From NCBI GenBank assembly GCA_039794845.1, contig JAUQVK010000020.1, forward strand, positions 1 through 13,076: a DNA stretch of 13,076 nt, in the 5' to 3' direction. Under the pieces are notes generated by a model. The model worked only from the letters and a program-made list of their open reading frames with translations, had not been told where the DNA came from and did not search any database. The position numbers were made by a program, and so were the translations under genes. Positions 8,401 through 13,076 of this stretch are shown in pieces (position 1 is the first letter of the stretch; each line of letters begins with the position of its first letter). This DNA comes from Thermostichus sp. DRC_bins_24. GTDB lineage: Bacteria > Cyanobacteriota > Cyanobacteriia > Thermostichales > Thermostichaceae.

Positions 8401-11400
8401 CCAATCGAGGAACCGCCAACAATCAAACCGTTTGGGATCCCCCCATTTCCAATGTGGCCCCGGATAATACGGGCCTAAGTCCCAAGCCTGTGGACTATTT
8501 CGCCGATCCGGATCGGCGACCCTACGGTTTCCGGCTGCGGAATGGGGCGGTGCTGCGCCGGGGAGGCTTGGATGCTGATGAAGCCGTGTTTGGTTTGTCC
8601 TTCATTTCCGATAATCCTGTTTATATTCAAGGGGACTTTAACCTACACCAGAACACAGGTGGGACGCTTCTGGAGGAGTTCACCACCCTATTGGGCATTG
8701 GTGGGGATGGCCTCTACAACAACTTCTACGGACGGTTGCGGGCAAATGAAGATGCTAGCTTTGCTCGTGCTGCTCAGGATTTGTGGCGGCCGACCGATGT
8801 GCTAGGCGACTCGGTGAATATTCTTTCCCCCAATTTCTGCGATGGCAGCATTGACGACGGATTTGTGCAGGATGGCACCTTGAATGGTGGGGGCTCTGCC
8901 TTTGTGGCCAACCGCGATTATCAAAGTGGTCGGGCTTCTGCTCCCCGCCGTGTGGACTATTACGGTTGCACGGGGCCAAACTTGGGGGCCAACACCTCCT
9001 TTATTAACCAGGCCTTGGTGGTGCGGGGGAACAACTGGCCCGCTCCGGATCCCAACAACGATGGGGCGGGGGTACGCCGGTTTGACAACACCAACGGTGC
9101 CCAAGATTTGGGGGACAACACCAACCGTCCCGGCTGGCCGGATCTGTTCGCCCGCGATACGGTATTGGCCCAATTTGACAGTACAAATGACACCACTGTG
9201 GGTGGTGGAATCCCTCAGGTACGGCGGTTGCGGGCACCGGATCCGGGCTATGCCTCCTTTGGTACGCGCATTTCCGCTTTGGGTAACCCAGTGGTGGATA
9301 CCTCCCGCTGGGTGATGGTGGCTCCCCCAGGGCCATGCCCTGCTCCCAATGGCTCCGGTTTGTTGGCGGAATACTACAACGGTTGGCTCTCCAGCCCGCA
9401 AAACCAGTACAATCGAGCAGATACAGGTTTTGCTGCGAGTGGTGAAGTCGGTCTGGGTTCAGCCGCTCGAACAGCCAACTTGCCCTATCTGCGCTCGGTT
9501 CGTTGGCCGGATACAATCTATCCCGCTCAAGGGGTTCCTGATGCTGTGGGTGCCTCTACAGGAGCTCCTAGCTGCAACCTAACAGGTACTAATGATCAAC
9601 GTTGGGCCTGTGTACGGGATGCCGTCAATGACGTAAGCGAACTGGCAGGGTTTGCCCGCAGTAGTGGTTCTTTCCCAGATTGGGGTGGTTTTTACTACCA
9701 GTTTGGCAGCAGCAATGCTCAAAACTCCAACTCACCCTTTAAGCGGCGACTGTACAACAACTTCCCCACCTGTAATGGCAGCTTGTCGGATATTTTCAAT
9801 CCTAGTTGCCGCCTATCTATACCGATTCTGTCGCCCCCTAACCCCTGGCCTCCCACGGTGCCCTTTAACCCACCCGATCCAAGCCCAGATCGGCGAGATC
9901 GGGGAGATTTTTTCTGGGTACCTGATTGTGGGGAACAAGATGGCAGCCCTCCCCTTTCTAGGGATGCTGATGACATTGGCTACTCTTACAGACCCTTGGG
10001 CAACCCCCGCATTGGCTATAACAACACTGACCCTGACCCTCTTAATCAGGGTGTGGTAGACTTCACCTTTAACCCCAATCAATTTAACCATTTACGTTCC
10101 TGCTGGCGGCGACGCAGTGGCGGCAGCCCCAGTGGTAACAACCAGGGCAACGACTTTTTCGTGGTGCGCTGGATAGGTCAGCTCTATCCTCGATATCCTG
10201 GCCTGGTAAACTATCGCCTGAATACGGATGATGGCGGGCGGATCCTGATCCGGCGGCGGGAGGATGACTCAACGGCCACCTTTCAGAATGCCTCTGCCGC
10301 CAATGGTACGTTCCTGAACCCCAACCCCAACACCGTCGGGGCCGAATCCTGGTTTGACAGCGGCAATGCCCTCACCACCTTGCGGGTGGAACTGGAGTGT
10401 GCTGATCCAGCTCAGGACTCCCCTTATTTGGTGGAGATCCAGACCTACGAGAACGCCGGTGGAGCTTTTGTTCGCTTCACCACCAACCCCGATGGACAGG
10501 GTGTAGAGAACTACGACCTGCGCTATCTGAAACCGGTGCGGCCGGTGAACAAACCCTGTGAGCCGGATCAGAGTAAAACGGTTAAAGATCCAACCGTACA
10601 AGCTAACTGTGCGACCACCCTCAACTGTGAACCGATTTGGAGTGGTTGGACTCCAGCCTGTGAGACGAATATTTGCGTTACCACCACCATCACCCAAACC
10701 CAGACCGCTACACTACCGAAAGGGTGTCCAGGTCTCCCACCCACCCCAAAAACTCAGTTGGAAACCTGTAATCCTCAATTTACTTTTGGGGATTGGTCTG
10801 CTTGGTCACCGGAGTGTACCCTAACGCAGCAGTGTAATGGGACTAAGATTACCCAAAGCCGCAGCCGCACACTTACCCCCTTATGTGTCACCAATCCTCC
10901 CTTCACCGAAACTCAAACCCGAACCATCACCTGCTCAGCACCTAGCCCCACCTGCGGCCCCTACTCTGCTTGGGATCCGGCCTGTAGTGTGGCTAATGGC
11001 GGCCTAAAAGTCACCCAGACCCGTTCTCTCAACTGTAACTCGGTCTGCAAAGGGGACTACACCCAAACCGAGACCCAAACCATCACCTGTCCAGCCGAAT
11101 GCAATGACTACTCGGCGGGGCCTTGGTCGCCTACCTGCGACAGCCTCACCATTGCCTGTGGCACCAGCCAGCCCTTAACCCAAACCCGTACCCTAACCAA
11201 AGGTGCCAACAACAGCCCCACCTGCCCCGCCACCAAAACCGAAACCCGAACCATCACCTGCACAGGCAAACCTTGCGGACCGACTACCTTTGCCCCGGAT
11301 TCTCCCTTCGACAGTCCGTTCGGGAAGCGAGTGGCCGTTAAACCCAGCACCCTGGACTTGCGCCCAGTGTGGGAAATCGAAGCCGATCCGGAGCCAGAAA

Positions 11401-12854
11401 CCCTGAGTGTGGCTTCTGTGGCTGCTCCTGCCAGCGTACCGGCGGGGGTAACCCTTGCCCTTCAGCCAGAGCTCTCGCCAGTGCTGGAGGTAAAAGCTGC
11501 CACCCGGCAGCCCCGCTGGCCCAGCTTGACGGAAGCTGTGCAGTCTGCCTTTAACTGGGTGTTTGGTGAGCCGGCTTATGCAGCCCGTAGAGGCTTAACC
11601 AGTGGCTTGCTCTCCAGCAAAATTGCTAATCCTACAAAAGAGCCAGGCATTCGCCCGGCGCAAAATGATGTGTCCCCCATCAAAGGAATGCCGCCTGTGG
11701 GTTCAGATGACTGGGCCAGGCAGTTGCGCCGGCGGTTGCTGAATGATAACGGGGAAGTTCGCTGCGGTGATGAAGAAGTGAATGCCACCGATAAGGGCTT
11801 TTGGGTGCCGGGGGTATTCCGGCCCAACTTCAACACCACCTTCAAATACACTGCCTACACAGGCAACAGCCGTCCCAGCACTCTAAAACTTGTCCCAGAT
11901 CCCAAGGATCCAGGCGTCAAGATCATTGTTGACCGGGATCCGCTGTTTGGGGATATCCCTGACGTACAGCCCCAAATGCGCCTCAATCCCTACGCTCGGG
12001 TGCAGACGGCTGTGGCCCAAGCCTACACCACCACGTCTGCCTACCTGGATGGGTACTACATTGACGACGAAGGGGCAGAGGCCATTCAGAATGGCCTTTG
12101 CTTCTACGTCAAACCTGCCGGCAATACCATTCAAATCCAGATTGACCGCAACGGTGGCGATGGTGGGCAGCAGGAATGGGTGAATGTGGAGCCGTTTACC
12201 CTGAATATCAACGCTGCCACCACCGGCTTTGCCGGGGCTAACCCCGTCTTGGGGGTGATTTTGGATGAGGTTACCCGTCGGCCCATCCCCATCCCCAACT
12301 TCCAGGAGCTGGCCTCCACCAACCTGGGCAATCGCCGCCGCAACGACAATGGCACCACCAACTCTCAGCTGCAACCTGCTGCGGAAACCCGGGTCAATGC
12401 CGTTGCCATCAGCGGGATTGTTCCACCCCGCCGCGATCAGCAAAGCGGTGGTATGCACAACTTCCTGCGCCTGAATGAGCTATGGCGAAACACCAACCTG
12501 TTTTTCAGTGGATCCATGATCCAACTGAACTACAGCACCTACTCCACCGGGCCTTTCTTGCAACGCAGCTTTGAGCCCCCCAACTTGGTTGCCGATGCAA
12601 CCAATGTGCTGGGCTTCGACTATTACTTCCCCCCCAATCGCCGCTTTGGCTATGATGTCGGCTTGCAAATTGCCCGTCGGTTCAGCCCAGTGTCGGCTCG
12701 TTTCCAGTTCCCCTCCAATACTCGAACAGAGTTTCTCAGAGAACTGGATCCTCGAGATCCTTACGTCCGTCGTCTGCGTTGTGCGTTGCAAGACCAACCA
12801 GGCGTTACCTTAGAAGGTGCTGCCCAAATCGGAGGTTGTGGGGAGTTTAATTAG
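5421..12854 (+). CDS. hpsA: HpsA-family giant protein (PilX-like prepilin N-terminus, putative pilus/polysaccharide-secretion associated) with inserted PA14-like domain and TSP1-like repeats, ~2477 aa
   Basis: Class III signal RQRG|FVLPIAILIVLVLSLVTVGLL (Phe codon 5523). Blocks I recognise from HpsA-family proteins: AAIDRARAKI..L..DPRLP, VDTDNNG, LDGYWERR...EGLRVIVGQRLEL, EARQRQTLRDN, YAFREDAVREDAIARP, GLSPKPVDYFADPDRRPYGFRLRNG, FISDNPVYIQGDFNLH, NFCDGSI.DGF, ETRVNAV.ISGIVP.R, GG.HNF.R and GYDVGL. A pseudopilin gene follows, as in the hps locus. The start is ATG 5421 or 5427 (GAGAG upstream) rather than TTG 5364. Confidence 0.85.
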   Translation: MAMPAPSTLLLKLTLRLLGSLKARVDKAKIRQRGFVLPIAILIVLVLSLVTVGLLTRSTQRSVQTQVERAGQTVSRQLNAAIDRARAKIDFLVRDPRLPNSAPTDAQFASALINDGVLIPESTDQPYILPDETQFVITTDIPVEDPPNSGNFIDVPVQAPAWWFLVDTDNNGTDDSVTVYTILSARRAAGRDFEDNLTDTERARRLMIRSGPLQGAALAGCTDSPAAQTINPNVGDWFQVGSALYKPFQVYAVTLPIQGADSTTRAISALQFQQDRRRDVLNKWGAFSRGDMEYFFTPGYNWNGAIYAGGSLFFRYGPDNLFRAFTISSEQSCFYMPVDNSEIKAFGELVAGAIGFAGQEASDNIRFDAHPGSIDVAPTFFPSLNNQNFDSVANDADPAAIALDPLELHLFGRNRNRGTYAQDQAGWNTSPVNSKRSGGDPGRVEAGGFAAGSGQVCPPYVDDVYRADNRFGPKASYDRPPTVPDPVRGCDVPTFAETFGQTTGAPIGSGAINNQNESLTADDPPPGALSEVGLDGYWERRSRLEGLRVIVGQRLELTRTDSLPLPLVPAPADPGDPSNLQPIYISNEARQRQTLRDNPAAVQATAVYHYSQNQGRFPVACLATVAHPGSVDSLRRASTFPAGNQATQLGINFFTGQGTNTWEYDPTPMQTQNRLQAGTPLWNALTNLANFAGDPQGAFPPTQEPGRIHPDPFITAFGNFSELRRIIDSGVDYTNLSLADQTTVQTAACMLGMLADNIIRIQNAAVAGDSAAQLLWNDIQASLAGNRETNPVTGAAVNRFYLPLRYIFPTANFNQTDPIEAERRAAYSFLPATVNYLAVPDLAQVALPPRSGIGNWALPHAQQNCPNATAGPNSNRFDLIQIDGQCHRVPFKDSVFYDGREAMAVRNLNIDLALITNNVDNQSNGLIAGDTWLPAGIEENREGGIFYAFREDAVREDAIARPALGSFADYLTNWRNGTASGNLGSAGVMNAGQPNRGTANNQTVWDPPISNVAPDNTGLSPKPVDYFADPDRRPYGFRLRNGAVLRRGGLDADEAVFGLSFISDNPVYIQGDFNLHQNTGGTLLEEFTTLLGIGGDGLYNNFYGRLRANEDASFARAAQDLWRPTDVLGDSVNILSPNFCDGSIDDGFVQDGTLNGGGSAFVANRDYQSGRASAPRRVDYYGCTGPNLGANTSFINQALVVRGNNWPAPDPNNDGAGVRRFDNTNGAQDLGDNTNRPGWPDLFARDTVLAQFDSTNDTTVGGGIPQVRRLRAPDPGYASFGTRISALGNPVVDTSRWVMVAPPGPCPAPNGSGLLAEYYNGWLSSPQNQYNRADTGFAASGEVGLGSAARTANLPYLRSVRWPDTIYPAQGVPDAVGASTGAPSCNLTGTNDQRWACVRDAVNDVSELAGFARSSGSFPDWGGFYYQFGSSNAQNSNSPFKRRLYNNFPTCNGSLSDIFNPSCRLSIPILSPPNPWPPTVPFNPPDPSPDRRDRGDFFWVPDCGEQDGSPPLSRDADDIGYSYRPLGNPRIGYNNTDPDPLNQGVVDFTFNPNQFNHLRSCWRRRSGGSPSGNNQGNDFFVVRWIGQLYPRYPGLVNYRLNTDDGGRILIRRREDDSTATFQNASAANGTFLNPNPNTVGAESWFDSGNALTTLRVELECADPAQDSPYLVEIQTYENAGGAFVRFTTNPDGQGVENYDLRYLKPVRPVNKPCEPDQSKTVKDPTVQANCATTLNCEPIWSGWTPACETNICVTTTITQTQTATLPKGCPGLPPTPKTQLETCNPQFTFGDWSAWSPECTLTQQCNGTKITQSRSRTLTPLCVTNPPFTETQTRTITCSAPSPTCGPYSAWDPACSVANGGLKVTQTRSLNCNSVCKGDYTQTETQTITCPAECNDYSAGPWSPTCDSLTIACGTSQPLTQTRTLTKGANNSPTCPATKTETRTITCTGKPCGPTTFAPDSPFDSPFGKRVAVKPSTLDLRPVWEIEADPEPETLSVASVAAPASVPAGVTLALQPELSPVLEVKAATRQPRWPSLTEAVQSAFNWVFGEPAYAARRGLTSGLLSSKIANPTKEPGIRPAQNDVSPIKGMPPVGSDDWARQLRRRLLNDNGEVRCGDEEVNATDKGFWVPGVFRPNFNTTFKYTAYTGNSRPSTLKLVPDPKDPGVKIIVDRDPLFGDIPDVQPQMRLNPYARVQTAVAQAYTTTSAYLDGYYIDDEGAEAIQNGLCFYVKPAGNTIQIQIDRNGGDGGQQEWVNVEPFTLNINAATTGFAGANPVLGVILDEVTRRPIPIPNFQELASTNLGNRRRNDNGTTNSQLQPAAETRVNAVAISGIVPPRRDQQSGGMHNFLRLNELWRNTNLFFSGSMIQLNYSTYSTGPFLQRSFEPPNLVADATNVLGFDYYFPPNRRFGYDVGLQIARRFSPVSARFQFPSNTRTEFLRELDPRDPYVRRLRCALQDQPGVTLEGAAQIGGCGEFN
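9351..10529 (+). other. PA14-like domain (interrupted) inside the HpsA-like protein
   Basis: PA14 motifs appear in the expected order: GSGLLAEYYNG (9351), VVDFTF (10053), NDFFVVRWIGQLYP...Y.L (10149), TDDGGRILI (DD at 10227-10232) and YLVEIQTYENAGGAFVRF. Confidence 0.75.
10626..11261 (+). repeat. Four tandem ~48-57 aa Cys/Trp/Thr-rich thrombospondin type-1-like repeats (coding)
   Basis: Units lie at 10626-10769, 10770-10934, 10935-11090 and 11091-11261. They contain WSGWTPAC / WSAWSPEC / YSAWDPAC / GPWSPTC, then TQ(S/T)(R/Q)(S/T), and end in ETC or T(R/Q)TITC. An exact 20-nt DNA repeat AAACCCGAACCATCACCTGC occurs at 10915-10934 and 11242-11261. Confidence 0.8.
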
Positions 12855-12942
12855 CCGGGTAGAGACTCCGGAACTTATGGGTAGAGTTAGAGTAAGCGTG
12901 TGTGCTTGGTTTTTGTAAAGGGTCGTTAGGGAGAATCCGGTA

Positions 12943-13076
12943 ATGGCTCGGTTGATAAATTGGCAGCGCTTCCACCGTCGGTGGAAGTCAGCAGATGGGT
13001 TCTCCCTAATCGAAGTGTTGGCCTCGGTGATCATCGTGGCCATTGCCATGGCAGCACTCGCACCAGCCCTAACCCT
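12943..13076 (+). CDS. hpsB: Type IV prepilin-like pseudopilin (HpsB-like), 5' fragment
   Basis: ATG at 12943 follows AGGGAG (12928-12933). Translation MARLINWQRFHRRWKSADG|FSLIEVLASVIIVAIAMAALAPALT shows a canonical prepilin peptidase site with Glu+5. The symbol is inferred from its position directly after the hpsA-like gene. Confidence 0.75.
   Translation, partial: MARLINWQRFHRRWKSADGFSLIEVLASVIIVAIAMAALAPALT

Larger units (their letters stand above)
2066..8441. repeat. Dispersed highly iterated palindrome GGGATCCC (HIP1 variant)
   Basis: Copies found by eye at 2066, 3157, 4525, 4618, 4662, 4787, 5371 and 8434. There are roughly 35 GGATCC hexamers across the whole window. Confidence 0.8.

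Noticed and set aside
9900..9908. RGD integrin-binding-like tripeptide in HpsA (another occurs near 6285)
   Set aside because: A tripeptide is expected by chance in ~2500 aa, and there is no plausible integrin-bearing host context.
9390..10050. Intein as the explanation for the insertion in the PA14-like domain
   Set aside because: No intein splice-junction blocks (N-terminal C/S block, C-terminal HN followed by C/S/T) or homing endonuclease motifs were seen.
10900..11261. ACC-rich DNA repeats as a possible CRISPR array or DGR template/variable repeat pair
   Set aside because: The repeats are in frame, encode T(R/Q)TITC, and have 150-170 nt periods. There is no cas or reverse transcriptase gene in the window and no adenine-specific mismatch pattern was evident.
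2360..13049. Numerous 60-226 aa antisense and alternate-frame ORFs (e.g. 4650-5330, 6381-6965, 8802-9401, 11883-12458, 12810-13049)
   Set aside because: All overlap well-supported genes and show no family motifs; they are expected by-products of GC-rich codon bias.

Overview
Cyanobacterial chromosomal window, probably from the hot-spring Synechococcus/Thermostichus lineage: GGGATCCC/GGATCC is strongly over-represented and I saw no canonical HIP1 GCGATCGC. From left to right it holds: (i) the 5' part of an ABC-F ATPase gene on the minus strand, missed by the ORF track; (ii) a 517-bp divergent intergenic region with a perfect NtcA-type palindrome and a hairpin that covers the ribosome-binding site; (iii) a GAF-PAS-GAF(DXCF cyanobacteriochrome)-GAF histidine kinase; (iv) a NarL/LuxR response regulator; (v) a giant (~2480 aa) HpsA-family protein with a PilX-like prepilin N-terminus; (vi) the start of an HpsB-like pseudopilin. 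The most unusual part is the variable region of the HpsA-like protein, which carries an interrupted PA14 lectin-like domain and four thrombospondin type-1-like Cys/Trp/Thr repeats. My hypothesis, which is inference only, is a light- and possibly nitrogen-controlled type IV pilus-associated adhesin module.
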